DNA of 64,000 bases from the human T2T-CHM13v2.0 reference genome, Homo sapiens. Positions 26,851 to 43,950 of the stretch are shown in pieces (positions within the stretch are counted from its first letter, which is position 1; every line of letters starts with the position of its first letter). A program made the translations under genes and the position numbers. The stretch is from NCBI RefSeq assembly GCF_009914755.1, contig NC_060939.1; one strand, given 5' to 3'. The notes beneath the pieces are model-generated. The model was given only the letters and a program-made list of their open reading frames with translations. It made no database searches and was not told where the DNA came from.

Positions 26851-28490
26851 GTACTGTAAGGTGAATATAGTTAACTATAATTTATTGTGTATTTTTACAA
26901 AGCTAGAAGAGAGGATTTTGAATGTTCACAAGACAAAGAAGTGCTAAATGCATGAGGCGATGTGCTAATTACCTTGATTTGATCACCCCATATTGTCTAT
27001 GTGTATTGGACTAGTACTCTATATCTCATAAATATAATTATTACATGTCAACTAAAAATAAAAGGAAAAATATATTTTTAAAATGTTAACTCAAAAATCT
27101 TAGCTTAATAGTTGTAAAGAAAGAAGACTCTCCCATCAGAGTGAAGTGGGAGTGATCTTGCTTCAGGAAATGAAGCTGCATCAGCATAACAGGACTTTGA
27201 CCTGAAGTCCTAGCTGCTGGCTGAAGCAGCCACTGAGGAGCCTTTGACAGCAAAATCTGTAAAAAACATTGCGTGATAGGCACACCTAATCGTTAAAGAT
27301 AAAAACAATACATAGGTACACGAAGACATTCGTTGTATCTCATATTTTCTATAAATGTTCTAAGGAAATGTACTTGTTGCCTAGAGCTCATTTAAGAAAC
27401 AAGGTTCTCTTCAGTGCAGCATGTGCTGTTTTAGGAACCCTGCCAGTGTCCTTCCAATAGGACCAATGCTCTAAAATCATCACATAAATAAAGTGTGACA
27501 AGAGTTTCAGCTTCTTGGTTTCGTACTCCTCCCTCAGACATACTCTACTTTGTACGTTTACATTTCCTCTTATCTATCTCAATTCTTCAAGCTTCCTCAT
27601 TGAAAAATAAGCCCTGGAGAATGAATGGAATATGTAAATAAATGAAACATCCACCAGTAGATTATTGTTAAGAACTGTAGTATGTGTACATGATAGAATG
27701 CTTCCCCGTATTAAAGTAAATATTTTTAAAGATTATCCCAAAATATGGGTAAAGACTTAAGATAGGCTATTAAAGTGATAAAAATAGAATAAAAAGTAGA
27801 ATTCAAAATTAGTCATAATATGATTCGAAGTAGAAAAAATAGGAGTAATGCAGCAAAGTATTAGTAACAATTTGATGTAAATGAACTGTGCCATTAATAA
27901 TTTTTCTATATTTTTCATATTTGTCCATTTTTTGTTTCATTTTCTAAATAGTTACTTAAATTGTGCAAAATTTTCTCTACAGTATAAATGTCTACCAACA
28001 ACTCAGAGAGAAAATGTCCTACAGTGGCATGTAACTTCAAATGATCCAGTCCTTTACATAAGTGCTAAAAAGTGTTAATGGTGTCATTTCTGGGAAGGAG
28101 GTGCCCTAGAAGAGGGAAACAGACTGGATTCTCAGGCCTTTAAGGTTGTCTTCTTGAGACAGTCTCAGTGTCCTAACTATCAGAACCGTGTATGGAGCCG
28201 AGACCCAATTTGCATATTTCAACAAGCTTAATTTTCTCAACAGTTATGGCTTTCACTTTCCCCCATCTTCTTCCAGCCATCTCTATTTATACACCCAAGA
28301 AACTTTCAGATTTTCCTTAGTTTCCTCTCATAACACAAACGTGCCTGAGATGTTATCAGGCACATTTATCATTCACATGTCTCTTGAAGGCGTTCAGAAG
28401 AAATGAATGGTATCCTTTCTCCTGGAACTGCATCCCACCCTGGAAACCAAATGCTGTTTACATTACTCTTATAGGATTTTTCCAGACATA

Positions 28491-28898
28491 TGATAAAAGA
28501 AAAAACTTCAGCTGAATTAAATTTAAAGGAGTTGAATTGAGCAATGAATGATTCACAAATCAGGCAGCCCCCAGAATCACAGCAGATTCACAGAGGCTCC
28601 AGCACAGCCATGTGGTGGTAAATTTATAGACAAACAAAAGGGAAATGACATACAGAAATCAGCAGTGAGTTACAGGAACAGCTGCATTGGTTACAGATTG
28701 GCATTTGCCTCATCAGTGTATTAATGATTGAAGTATGGCCACTGAGATTGGCTAAGACTTAGCTATTTGTTGCAGGTGCATACTCGTAAGTTAGGTTTTC
28801 AATTTTGTCTGCCTATTAAGCTAGGTTACAGTTCATCCACAAGGATTCAAATATGGAAGTACAAGTCCTTCTCAGGCCATATTTAGTTTGCTTTAACA
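28491..28898 (-). mobile_element. MER57-type solo LTR (ERV1)
   Basis: TG...CA termini; reverse strand begins tgttaaagcaaactaaatatggcctgagaaggacttgtac. Confidence 0.7.
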
Positions 28899-29210
28899 CC
28901 TATGAGCTTAATACCGACAAAGTGAACACTATTTCCTCATATCATACAAAACCAAAAGTGTTGAAACTAAATTGTCAGGATCTAATACTCAAATATCATA
29001 GTATGATATATTTTCACTTTCCCATGGTGTTCTTTCCCTCCTTTCATATATTCCTTCACTCTTATTTTTTAGCATATTCATTCATCACCCAAAACTTCAT
29101 CTTATGTGCTAGGTGTTGGGCCAAGGCTTGGAGGAACAAAGTGATGCAAAATACTGATAGACTTTTTAAAATGCTTATTGAGTCAGAGGGGCATGAGATT
29201 CTGCATTTCT

Positions 29211-30427
29211 TTTTATAGATATATATACTTTAGGTTCTGGGATACATGTGCAGAACGTGCAGGTTTGTTACATAGGTATACACGTGCCATGGTGATTTGC
29301 TGCACCCATCAACCAATCATCTACATTAGGTATTTCTCCCAATGCTATCCCTCCCCTAGCCCCCCACCCCTGAAAAGCCCCCAGTGTGCAATGTTGCCCT
29401 CCATGTGTCCATGTGTTCTCATTGTTCAACTCCCACTGATGAGTGAGCCAACATGCGGTGTTTGGTTTTTTGTTCTTGTGTTAGTTTGCCGAGAATGATG
29501 GTTTCCAGCCTCATCTATGTCCCTGAAAAGGACATGAACTCATCCTTTTTTATGGCTGCATAGTATTCCATGGTGTATATGTGCCACATTTTCTGTATTC
29601 AGTCTATCATTGATGGGCATTTGGTTTAGTTCCAAGTCTTTGCTATTTTGAACAGTGCTGCAATAAACATACTTGTGCATGTGTCTTTATAGTAGAATGA
29701 TGTATAATCCTTTGGGTGTATACCCAGTAATGGGATCACTGGGTCAAATGGTATTTCTAGTTCTAGATCCTTGAGGAATCACCACACTGTCTTCCACAAT
29801 GGTGGAACTAATTTACACTCCCACCAACAGTGTAAAAGCATTCCTATTTCTCCACATCCTCTCCAGCATCTGTTGTTTTCTGACTTTTTAGTGATCACAT
29901 ATGCAGAAAGCTGAAACTGGATCCCTTCCTTACATCTTACACAAAAATTAACTCAAGATAGATTAAAAACTTAAGTGTAAGGCCTAAGCCCATACAAACC
30001 CTAAAAGAAAACCTAGGCGATGCCATTCAGGACATTGGCATGGGCAAAGACTTCATGACTAAAACACCAAAAGCAATGGCAACAGAAGTCAAAATAGACA
30101 AATGGGATCTTATTAAACTAAAGAGCTTCTGCACAGCAAAAGAAACTATCATCAGAGTGAACAGGCAACCTACAGAATGGGAGAAAATTTTTGCAATCTA
30201 TCCATCTGACAAAGGACTAATATCCAGAATCTACAAAAAACTTAAACAGATTTACAAGAAAAAAACAAACAACCCCATCAAAAAGTGGGCAAAGGATGCG
30301 AATGGACACTTCTCAAAGAAGACATTTATGCAGCCAACAAACATGAAAAAAAAGCTCATCGTCACTGGTCATTAGAGAAATGCAAATCAAAACCACAATG
30401 AGCTATCATCTCACACCAGTCAGAATG
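29211..30427 (-). mobile_element. L1PA (older PA), 5'-inverted (twin-primed), inserted in a MER5A
   Basis: Antisense 3' end to ~29897, then sense ORF2 piece ~29898-30427. 16-bp TSD GAGATTCTGCATTTCT at 29195-29210 and 30428-30443. The flanks join into MER5A-like sequence. Confidence 0.92.
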
Positions 30428-31809
30428 GAGATTCTGCATTTCTAAAAGTCTCCAGCTGACACTGATGTTGCCGGTCAATAGACCATACTTCATGTAGCAA
30501 TGATCTAGTGATGACCTAGTTAAAATGTCCAAGGAGACAAGTTCCTGAACAAAAAAGCCTCAGAAATATCTCTACCTCACCCACATAATGATGAGAAAAA
30601 GTCAGAATTGGGAGTGATTCTTAAAAATCAGTGTTTCTCTCTCAAAGTCAGGTTAAGGAGTAGACATTGCCTGATTTCTATTAAATCCTACTAAGATTCT
30701 GCCAGATAGTAGAAAACATTGTAATACAAATTGAAAAACATCTTTGTTCCTGTCATTTATTGATTTATATAACATGTTATTTGTTGAGAACCATGGTGCA
30801 CTGGGATGTGTGGTACTAATCAGGGATACATGTTGACCTAAACTAGACCTGGAACACTCTTGAGGAGCTTACAGTCTAGTATAAATCCTAAACACTGAAT
30901 AAAATAGCCAGGTAAATAAATGCCAAATTAATCATTCAGTAAGTGTTATAAAGGAAAGGTACATTAAGGCCTAACATGATTCAATGGAGGTGGCGCAGGG
31001 AACTCTGTCTCACTCTTCATACCATAAAAGGCTTCTTGAGAAAGGAATGCTTGAGTTGAGACCCTAGAAAAATGAATAACATACTTTAAATAAAGGGAGA
31101 TGAGGGTGAAAAGTGGATTTCAGGCACAGAGAATAGAATATGACATGATTTCATCTCCCTTTTTGAAACAGTAACTGTGGCCACGGTAGTGAAGAGTTTA
31201 GAGAAGGACAAGGGTAAATGTGAAACTAATTATGAGGCAAGTATATTTGTTTTTGTATTTTTGTGTATTTTTGCAAGACAGGATGAATTTTATTCTGTTT
31301 TTAAAATAAGTAAATTTATCTTTGTTCTTTGGAAGACCTCTAGTAAAGAATAAATGTCATGACATGTTAATCCTTAAAATTGTTATAGTTGCTCAAAAAA
31401 GAAACTCAAGAACTAAAATTGGATCCTATCAACCCAGATAAAACACTGAAAATTATGAAACTTTCACTCAAAATACAGTGATAACTGCAGAAAAGCAGCA
31501 ACTATTTAATCATGCCCACCAACAATGTGCAGTGTCCTCCATGGGCCAAACACACTCCAGGTGGCGGCCATGGATGGAGGGGAAGAGGACTGGGGTTTTC
31601 TATGGGGTGATGGCAGTGTTTTGGAGCTCAAAAGAGGTGGTGGTTGCACAATGTGAATGTGCTGAATGAGGCAAGTATATTTGAAAAAGATGGAGGCAGT
31701 CAGTAGAGGTGGTGGTAGAAATTGAAGGAAATGCATATTATTACATATTTGGGAAGTAAAATGTATTTAAAGATTGGAAATGGAGGTGAACGGTTAGAAA
31801 GATGGTCAG

Positions 31810-32235
31810 ATACCTTGCCATGGCGCCTCACCCTAATACTTCAGTGCATGCCAGCCTGACTTCCAGCATTCACCCCTGCATTTCCTTACCTGAGGGCTTT
31901 CTCTGATCACAGAAGCCGCTTTTGCTGTCCCTGCTGCAGGTTGGGCATGCTGAGGAATCAATGCCGCTAGGAGACAGTCCATAACTAATGACTATCAGAA
32001 ACTGTTGTACGAATACCCTTTATCTCTCAGCATGTTTCTGAGATGAGTTATCTACACTGGATCTCAGAGTTATTCCAAGTTTAATCCACAGTTATCCATT
32101 CTGGTAACTGCTTCATAGTTCACTCTTTATAAGGGTCTTTGCCCCACTTCCCAGTTCTCCTACCAGAGATTCTGATACCTACCAAATGAATCACCTGCAG
32201 GTGAATCTTAGTCTCTGGATCTGCTTTCAGGGTAG
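31810..32235 (-). mobile_element. LTR16-like ERVL LTR
   Basis: ccttacctgagggctttctctg...gtgaatcttagtctctggatctgctttcaggg. Confidence 0.45.
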
Positions 32236-33059
32236 CACTGTAGTCAGATGAATGGGAATCCATTCTCTCAGAAATGCAAGAAGGGAATGTGGTTTGGGAA
32301 AGTTCATTAGATCAATTTTGGAGTTGAGTTTGAGGTGCCCCTGAAACATTCAAGTAAAACTATCATCCAGCAGTCAAATATTAATACCATGTAGCAGTTG
32401 TCATCTGGAACTCTGAGGATGCAATTTGTATTAACAATTTGATATACTCATTGGCAAATAAGTAATAACCAAAGCTTTGGAGAAGAAAATGACCTAGACA
32501 ATAGTATAGCATTGAAAGATGTGAAGGCCTGGAACTCAGCCTCACAGAGCTTCAGAATTTAATGGCCAAATAAAGGAAAAGAAGCCCACAAATCAAATAG
32601 AGGAGTTGTAGCCAGAAATGTGGGAGTTTTCTGGGCAATCAGGAGGCAAAGTAGAATAGAGTTGACACTGAAGCCAAAGGAAAAAATGTGTTGGAACAGC
32701 AGTGCTGAATTCTGCTGAGAAGAGATACGTCTTGAAAAAAAAATGTCCATAAGACTTAGACACATGAATGTTATTGGTGATTTCTGCAATGGCCATTGCA
32801 GGGTTATGATGGGGAAGGAACCATATTTAAATATATTGAATGTGAGGCAGGCATGAAGAAGAGATGAGGCTTTCTTGCTGTGTGTTAAGCATGCCAGCCA
32901 TCCCCCTGCCTTGTGGCGCCTATACATACCATCTCCTCTGCCTGTAATGCTCTTTTGCTAGATATTTATATTTCTTGCCCCAACACTTCCTTCAAGTCTT
33001 TTCTCAAATATCACCTTCTCAGTGAGGCCTTCCCTGACTAGCTATTGAAAATTACACCC

Positions 33060-33680
33060 AGTGGGGATGGGGAGATATTGGTTAAAGAGTTCAAAGTCTC
33101 AGCTAAACAAGATCAATAAGATCTGGAGATGTACTGTATAGCATGGTGACTGTAATTAATAACATATTGTTCAGTTGTCTCTTTATATCTAGGGGAGACT
33201 AGTTCCAGCTCACCCTGGAGACAACAAAATCAGCAGATGCTCAACCGCCTCATATAAAATGGTGCAGTATTTGCATATAACTTACACACATCCTTCCATG
33301 TAGTTTAAATAATGTCTACATTTCTTATAGTAGCTAAGACAATGTAAATGCTACGTAAATAGTTGTTATACTATATATTTGAATTATTTTTTGTCATATT
33401 GTTATTTTTATTTTTTTCTAAATATTTTCCATCTGTGATTGATTGAATCTGCAGATGCAGAACCACAGATACTAAGGGCCAAAAGAATACTTGAAAATTG
33501 CTAAGAGAGTTGATCTTAAATGTTCTCACAACAATAAAATGGCAAGCATGTGAGGTGACAGATATGTTAATCAGTTTGATTTAATCATTTTGCAATGTAC
33601 ACATATATCAAAATATCACCTTGTATACCATAAATATGTACAATGTTTTCAAATTAAACCTTAATTAAGCTGAGGGAAAA
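33060..33680 (+). mobile_element. L1MA/MB 3'UTR interrupted by a MER2-like Tigger element (~33173-33482)
   Basis: L1 3' motifs (ctggagatgtactgtatagcatggtgact; cttgaaaattgctaagagagttgatcttaaatgttctcac) flank MER2 motifs (cagatgctcaaccgcctcatataaaatggtgcagtatttgcatataac). Confidence 0.7.
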
Positions 33681-36282
33681 ATGTACACCTGCCACCTGTC
33701 ACCTCCAACACACACTTCCTATTGACCTGAACCTTCTAATTTTTCTCCATCTTTACTCATCGCCCCCCAAGCATGCCACATAGTTTATTTACCCCGTCTT
33801 CCCCCATTACAATATAACTTCCACAAGTCAGGAATTTTTATCCATTTTGTTCACTGCTGTATTCATGAGTATTTATAGTAGTGTCTGGAATGTTAACAAT
33901 TATTATTGTTGAATTAACTAATCAATTATTAATATTTTAAAAATATAAATAAACATGTATATTACATTTTGCATTTAAATGCCATTAGAGCCCAACTATA
34001 AATATAAGTATAGATGGAAGGGGAAACCTTAAATGGTTTTATCCTTATATTCTTTTTGCCAATATGTTTTCCCACATTTCTCTACAATAAACTTCTACAC
34101 CTTTATAATATTGAGAGTAAATATTTCTTAAGAAAAATTAACCTTAAGAGAGAGCTCAAAAAATAAATAATTCACAAAAAACTGCTGTGAAGGCTATGCA
34201 TGGAAAGGGCAGAAGGGAGATGGAGGGAGTGCAGAGACCTGTGGGCTGAGTCTGAGCCTCAAGGCTTTTTCAGCATGAAACTCAGCAAAGACAGGTGTTA
34301 AAAAGGCCTGCCTCCCACCGCCCCTGCTGTTCACTAAGCTTAGGCAATCAAAGTGTACCAGTGTTTTTTCACTGCCCAGCATATACTGATTTAAGGACTC
34401 AACACTCTGACTTGAGAAAACCTAAAACATGAAGTTATCTCAAAGGTGGGTGAGATTCTAAGGAGGCTCAAATATATAGTCCTCAATTAATTCTCACCTC
34501 AACTTAGTTACAATCTGATACAACATATTAGGAGACAGGAACAGCACAGTGGTAAAAATCAAACCTCACCTCAAAAGATCGTAAATTATTGCTCTCAGAT
34601 TAGTATTAACTGACACAATATGTGCAGTGAGTATCTTCTCTTCCTCCTCCCGAATTACAGAAGAGAACGTGAAAGACTAGGAGCCATACACATTACCCCA
34701 GGGAAAGCAGAGTGAAAGGGCAGTCTGGGTGTCCTTAACTGCACCACTCACAGAGGGGGCCTGTCCCACAACCAGCCAGGTTATTTCAACCTATTCTTAC
34801 CTGACAAAAAGGATCTGGGGGCCTTGGCTCCACTGTAGGTGGGTAATTTTATTCCAACTGGTTTTGGGTGCTAGTTTTCTGCCTAGTGGTCAAATTCAGA
34901 AACCCAATCAGGACCTAGGTCTCCACCTGGAGCTCTTAGGTTAGCTAATCAATGTCTTCTTGGTCCTCAAGGAAGGGTTTATTGTTTTTGTTTGCTTGTT
35001 TGATTGGTTGTTTGCCATTGCATTAAAATTCTTTCTTACCCAGCAATTGATGAGTTCAAGGCTATCCTGTCACATTTCATGATGTGGCCTGAGCCCTCCC
35101 AGAGTGTTACTGACTGGGACCAACTACTAACTAAAGTTTAGTGAAGAGAAGACAATGAGCTTGCTGGAACGTCACAGAGGCTTGGTTGCCATGGTAGTGA
35201 TTGTCAGATGAGATCACAGAGAAGGGTGTAAGAGAAAAGAAAGAAAAACATGCAGGAAAAGCTGAAGCATAATATTATACTAAAATATATATATATTATA
35301 TATATATATTTTATACATATTTATACTGTCTAAACTTACAGTGGAGTAATGTGTTGAAACTTGAGGGGAAAACTTTTTGAGAAAGACTGACTTTCCAGCA
35401 TCTTCTTAGAGAGATGTGGTTTCATGGAAGAATGGTGTCTGAGCTACATTTTGTCTTATTCTAAAAGTAAAAGGAATGGGACTGATCTGGAAGCACATAG
35501 ATTCCAGATCAATACTAATACCAGACTATTGTAATGCCAATTTATAAAAGGAAGCTAGGTATCCATTAAAATGACAGAAAATCAACAGGTATTTTTTGTA
35601 ACAGATCATTGAGTTGGATGTGAAATGGTTTAAAGCTTTAACTATTCCAGGGGCTCCTGCAAAGTGTAAACTTAGTGTTTCCTTGAGTTAGCACTGAAAG
35701 GAGAGCAGGATTGAGGGACAAAAGAAGCAATCCAGTCATCTAGTAATATGACTCTGGATGATGTTTGCTCTAAATTGCTCCCAGCATCAGTATGTGGAAG
35801 GTGGACAGTGTGTGTGAACTTCAAAGCCCCCGCAGGGCTTCAGTTGGCTTGAATAAAATGTTACTGGTTATCCTGCCACCTTGTGGCTATGGGCCAACAT
35901 GCCAGGGTGTGGAGGAGGAAGGGAGGAAATTAATGAATCACAGAGTTGCCTGACTGAAGAAGGAAAGCTCAGAAACACATCCTCTTCTCTCTTCCCTATA
36001 GATGTCAACTTGCCCATCACTTGATTAGCTAAAAGTGAATAGGGCTTAAAGTTCAGTCCTTGAGTGAGATTTTGCTTATATAGCCCTCCTAGGACTTTTG
36101 TCCTATCAGAGTAGCTTGTTGCACAGTGTGCTCCTTGTGATCAACGGTTAGTTAATCTTGTCTCTCCAAAATCTAAAGTTTAAATCCTTATTCATTAAAT
36201 CAGACTGTTTATCAAGTATAGTGCTTTACTAAAGAGATTATTTCAGAAATAAGCGAACAAAACAATAAGACGTATGCTGTTT

Positions 36283-36594
36283 GTTTTTTGAGACAGGGTC
36301 TTGCTCTGTTTTCCAGGCTAGAGTGCAGTGACACAATCACGGCTCACTGGAGCATTGACCTTGTGGCTCAAGCAATCCTCCTACCTCAGCTTCCCAAGTA
36401 GCTGGGACCAAAGGTGTATACCAACACGCCCAGCTAGGTGTTTTTATGTCTGTCTGTTTGTTTGTTTTATTTTGCAGAGATGGAGGTCTCCCCAGGTTGT
36501 CCAGGCTGGTCTCAAACTCCTGGGCTCAAGTGAACCTCCCGCCTTGGCTTCTCAAAGTGCTGAGATTATGGGCGTGAGCCACTACACCTGCCCA
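36283..36594 (-). mobile_element. AluJ
   Basis: gagacagggtcttgctctg...ggctcaagcaatcctcctacctcagc...ctcctgggctcaagtga. Confidence 0.9.
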
Positions 36595-37139
36595 ATATTG
36601 TTGATCAGAGTAAAGAAATGACATAAACACCCAGTAACAGTTAGAAGCCGTATTCAGATTAGCTATAATTTTCACTAGAACCATCCCAATCTCTTGAAAG
36701 ATAAAACATCAAATTAAATGTAGCCAAATCTAATTGCTTCACCTCTGATTTTTTTTTAATCACTTGAAAAGGGTAATGGTTCCCTCACATTTTGTATATA
36801 AAATCTACTGGCTAGGGGAAGGCTCAGAAACTTGAATGTTAAATAGGATCCCAGGTGATTCTTACACACACTGAAGTATAAAGGTCACTGGACCATTCTA
36901 GTGGCCATGGGTCCCCTCTGGTTGGCCTGTAGTTGAAATCTATGGGAACAACTTTCAAACTACCACATCTGAGGAATCAGTGGAGGTTAGGAGGTTACTT
37001 TTAGAAGGTGATTGGGAATGTACTCGAATTTGAGATTTGTTAAAGTTCATTATAGTTATCACATATGAAAGAAGAAGCACACATGAGGAAAGGAGAGCTC
37101 TGGGGCTCCATGATAATTCAGCATGCCACAAGAGAACAC

Positions 37140-40100
37140 TGAGACACAATTAAATGAAATCACAACAATGATAGATGAGCAAGATAAAAATATTGAAGTA
37201 AAGATATAGAAATTTTACAAGAAGAAACAATTAGAAATTCTGGAGCTAAGAATTCTATGACGGAAATAAAAAAAATCACTAGGGGGTGTTCACAAGTAGA
37301 CTTGATCAAACAGAAGAAGGAATCAGCTAATCCAGACATCAGTCATTTCAAATTACATAGACAAAGGAGCAAAAGAAAAAAGAATAAAAAAGAGCCAATG
37401 AACCTACGGACTTAAGGTACATCATAAAGTGAAATAATATACTGATCACAAAAGTTCCAGATGGAGAAGAGAAAAATAAGAAGGAAAGTACAGTGCTGGC
37501 TAAAAGCTTGCCAAATCTGTAGAAGAAAAAGGACATACAGATACATGAGGCCAAATGCAACTGAAATAAAACAAATTCAAGGGAAGTCCACACAAAGACA
37601 TATTATAATTATATGTCAAAAGTCAAAAAGAGTGAATTTTGAAGAAGCAAGACAATGCTGAAAGAGAGAAATTCTCAACCAAGAATGCAATTTCTGGAAA
37701 AAAATTTTCTTCAAAAATGAAGAATAGATAAAGACTTTCTCAAGCAAAAGCTGAGAGAGACAACTTCATCACCACTAGATTTGTCATAAAATAAATGACA
37801 GGTGAGCTCTTTAACTCAAACAAAATAATACTAAATAGCAAAACTAAGCATAACTAAGCATATTAAAATATAAAACTTACTGAAAAAGCTAATTTTTTAA
37901 ACAAATACAAAATTGTGCAACATTGTAATGGTGGTGCACCTTTTTCTAATATGAAAGTCAAAAGACAACAAAGTAGAAATTACTATAACTACAGAAGTAT
38001 AATAGTAGATATACACATATAAAAGATGTAATTGTGACATCAATAACAAAGTGGGAGAAGTGCAGAATTTTTTATGTGATTAAAGATGAGTTGTTATTAG
38101 CTTAGAATAAACTTTGCCTCCATATATATGATGTTTTACATAAGCCCCAAGGTAACCAAAAAAATAAAATACTACAGAAAATATACAAAAGAAAAAGAAA
38201 AGGAAATAAATACATATCAATACAAAAATATCAATGAACACAGAAGAAAACAGCAAGAGAAAAAAGAAAGAAGAATTATAACACAGACAGAAAAAATAAA
38301 ATGAAGTGCCATAGCAAGTCCTTACTTATTAATACAACTTTGTAAATACAGTTGTCCCACAGTATCCATGAAAGATGGGTTTCAAGATCGCCTGTGGATA
38401 CCAAAATTTATGGATGCTAAAGTCCTTTATATTAAGTGATATAGTATTTGCATATAACCCATGCACACCATCCCCTATACTTTAAACCATCTCTAGATTA
38501 CTTATCATATCTAATAGAATGTAAACAGTATATAAATACCTGTTACACCATCTAGTTTGCATTACTTTTATTATTCCATTTTTTATCATTGTTATTTTTA
38601 TGGGGGTGTGTGATTTTTTTTATGCATGGTTGGTTGACTCTGTGGATGTGGAACCTACATCCAGCTGACTGTAAATGGATTAAAAATTCCCCAGTCAAAA
38701 GACAAAGAACGTCCAAATGCATTAAAAAATAAAATCAAACTATAGGCTGTCAACAAGAGACTATAGATTCAAGGATGCCCAAAGGCTGAAAGTGAAGGGA
38801 GGGAAAAAAATATTCCATGCAAATCATAACGAAAAGACAGCAGGAGTGGCTAAATTTATACCAGGCCAAATAGACTTTAGGTTAAAAACTGTCACATGAA
38901 ATAAAAAAGGTCATTATATAATGATAAAAAGGTCAATTATCAGGATGTTAGAACAACTATAAATGTATAGGCACCCAAGATCAGAGTACCTAACTATATA
39001 TAAGGCAAACATTGACAGATTTGAAGGGAGAAATAGACAGCAATAAAATAACAATGAGACACAACATTACGCCACTTTCAATAATGGGAATGAATCTCTA
39101 GCAGAAAACCAGTAGGGAAATAGCAATCTTAAACATCCTATAAAACAAAAGGACCTCATAGACATGTACAGAACTATCCAGTGACAGCAGAATACACATT
39201 CTTCTCAAGTGACTATATAACATTTTTCAGGATAGGTCATCTGTTAGGCCACATAACAAGCACAAGTAAATTTAAGAATATAGAAATTATGTAAGTAGGA
39301 AAAGTATCTTTTCTATCTATAATGATATAAAACTAAGATCAATAACAAGCAAAACTAGAAAATTCACAAATATGTGGAAATCAATACACTCTTGAAAAAC
39401 CATTATGTCAAAAAGATATCGAGGGAAATTAGAATGTATCTACCTATAAAAAAAGACCAAAAACGCAAAATAACAAAACTTATGGATGCAGCTAAAGTGG
39501 TATTGAGGCAGTATAGCAATAAACATCTACTCTAAACATAAGAAAAATGTCCAAAAACAAACCCACCTTACTTTAAACTTCAAGGAAGTAAAAAGGAACA
39601 AATTAAGCCCAAATTTACCAAAGGAATTAAATAACAGAGATTAGAACAGAAATTAAATAAATCAAATACAGAATAGGAAAACAATAGAAATAATCGATGA
39701 AATATAAAATAATGTTGGCAAATCTTAGCTAGACTAACCAAGAAAAAATAGAGAAGACTCAAATAAATAAAATCAGAAATGAAAGAAGAAACAATACAAC
39801 TCATGCCATAAAAATACAAATGATCATAAGGGATTACTATAAACAATTATTTGACAATAAATTGGAAGGCCAAGAAGAAATGATAAATTTCTGGAAATGT
39901 ACACCCTCCTATGACTGAATCATGAAGAAACCGAAAATTTAAACAGACCAATAGTGAATAAGAAGATTGAATCACCAATAAAAAACTGATTAAAAACCTC
40001 TCAGCAAAGAAGCTCAGGAAGAGATGGCTTTGTTAATAAATGCCACCAAACATTTTTTAAAAATACCAGTTCTTTATATACTCTTCCAAATTATTGAAGA

Positions 40101-40408
40101 AAAACCACATTTCCAAACTCATTAAATGAGGCTAGTATTTCTGTGATATCAAAGCCAAAGACTTTATAAGATAAGAAAATTACAGGTCAATATTCTTGAT
40201 GAATAAAGATGCAAAAATTCTCAACAAACTTAAATACTCACAAACAGAATTCAACAGCACATTAAAAGTATCACACCTCATGATCAAGAGAGATTTATCC
40301 TTGAGATGCAGGGATGATTCAACATATGCAAATCAATAAATGTAGTACACCACATTAACAAAAATACTAAAAACATATAATCTCCATAGATTCAGAAAAA
40401 GCATTTGG
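37140..40408 (+). mobile_element. Old L1M ORF1/ORF2 fragment with a MER2-like insertion (~38349-38672)
   Basis: Degenerate endonuclease/RT-region motifs (gtaaatggattaaa, gcagaatacacattcttctcaagtg, gatgcaaaaattctcaacaaa). Confidence 0.8.
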
Positions 40409-42250
<1,842 letters not shown>

Positions 42251-43950
42251 GGTGATGTATCTAATGTAAACTACATAATCTATAAGAAATATGTAAATAA
42301 TATTTTCCTATGATATATAACCTCAGTTCCTAACACAGATGTCCAGAGGCAAATCTTTCAAATTCACAAGCAAAAATTAGATAGAAGCAAGTTACATGTG
42401 AACAAATGGAATCAGATGCAATGAGAGAAAACAGCTAGCACATTATATACATAGCTGAAAGCTGGACAGAATAAAAACTTGAATTTTAGATTCAATGTAT
42501 TTAGAAGCACAATAGAATTCAAATGGTACATTTAAACATGTGAGAGTGTTTTTCTACTCTAAAACTGGAAAGGAGAGGGGAGGAGGATTTAATGAGATAA
42601 TGAACATTATGTAACTGTCACAATAAACATTTAATACATGACAGTGGTTGTTGTTATGCTTACTATCTTAGAAGTCAAATGTTCTTTAAAGAAAGTGTCC
42701 AAAAGTAGATTTATGCCATAAATGATGCCAAGAATTAGGGCAAAGGGCAGGTCAAAGGTGAATAGGGGATATGATGTAGCAATTGTCAGCTTTGGTTAGT
42801 AACCTGGTTAATGTCCTCCTTTATTATAAATAGGGATCTAATTCAAAGGAAGGAACAGTATAATACATACACAATATACTTTTGCAACCATCTGAGCTGA
42901 CAAAAAAAGCAGGGTCCCACAATAGCAGAGGCTTATGAGAAAAAGTCTGAACTGAATATATGAACACCTAAGTTTTAGGCCTCTTTCTTCTAACAGCCAA
43001 CATAACTTTGGATCATTCTAACCTCTCTGGTCTCAGTTTCTGTGATACGAGGAAATTGAGCTTAATAAGACTAGAGGTCCTTTCTGACACTAACATTCTA
43101 CACTGGTGTATTCCTCTCACATTTTTAAAGTTAAATTTATGGTTTATTTTTTAATATAAGATAATTCATCACCAGTATAGTAACAAGATGAGAAGGCATC
43201 TGAGCTAAGGAAATAGATGTTTTTCCATCTGCCTCTTGCTGTTTTTCTATCATAGAGCAAGATCTTCCTAGTAAAGGGTTGAAGGCAACTTTTCTGTGTC
43301 AAATTAGCTGTTGCTCAGCAAATAGAAGTTAAATGCCACTATACGGAGCAAACAAACACGTGCTAGCATGAAATCTGTGGCAGCATCCTCAGTACCCTAC
43401 TTCAGTCAACAGAACTATCCAGGACAGATCTCCTAAAAACATAATTTATTGACAACATAATGAGGTTCTCTTTTTGTACTGACCTAATTCAATTTTAGAT
43501 TATGTTTAAACTGATTTTTCTTAGAATTTTTCAAAATACAATACAAAATTTTCTAATAGGGAGAAATTATATGTATAAATATTTGAATATGTGTATTACA
43601 AAACATTACATCAAAGCAGAATTAATTTAAATGCAAATAGAGAAAGTCGTTTGGACCCTATGTTATGTGATGTCAATGAAACTTACACTCTGAAAAACAG
43701 AGATATGATATAGTGGAGGCTGTGGGATCACGTAGTAACATGTTGAGCCACATTCTCCCATAACCCTGATTTCATTGAACTAAGACAAAGATGGGAGGTG
43801 AGTTATTGAATTGAGAACTATATGGAACTTTTCACAAAAGTGCATTAAAAGATTGTCTTGGAGTCAAAAGAAATAAATATAACACTTTAAGAGAGAGAAA
43901 ATGGCTATTGTAGTGGTCCCTATCGTTCATTTCCTTCATAGATTAGAAGA

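Noticed and set aside
30500-36200. Scattered L2/MIR/MER5-like fragments
   Set aside because: Too degenerate to give reliable boundaries by eye; ordinary ancient repeats.
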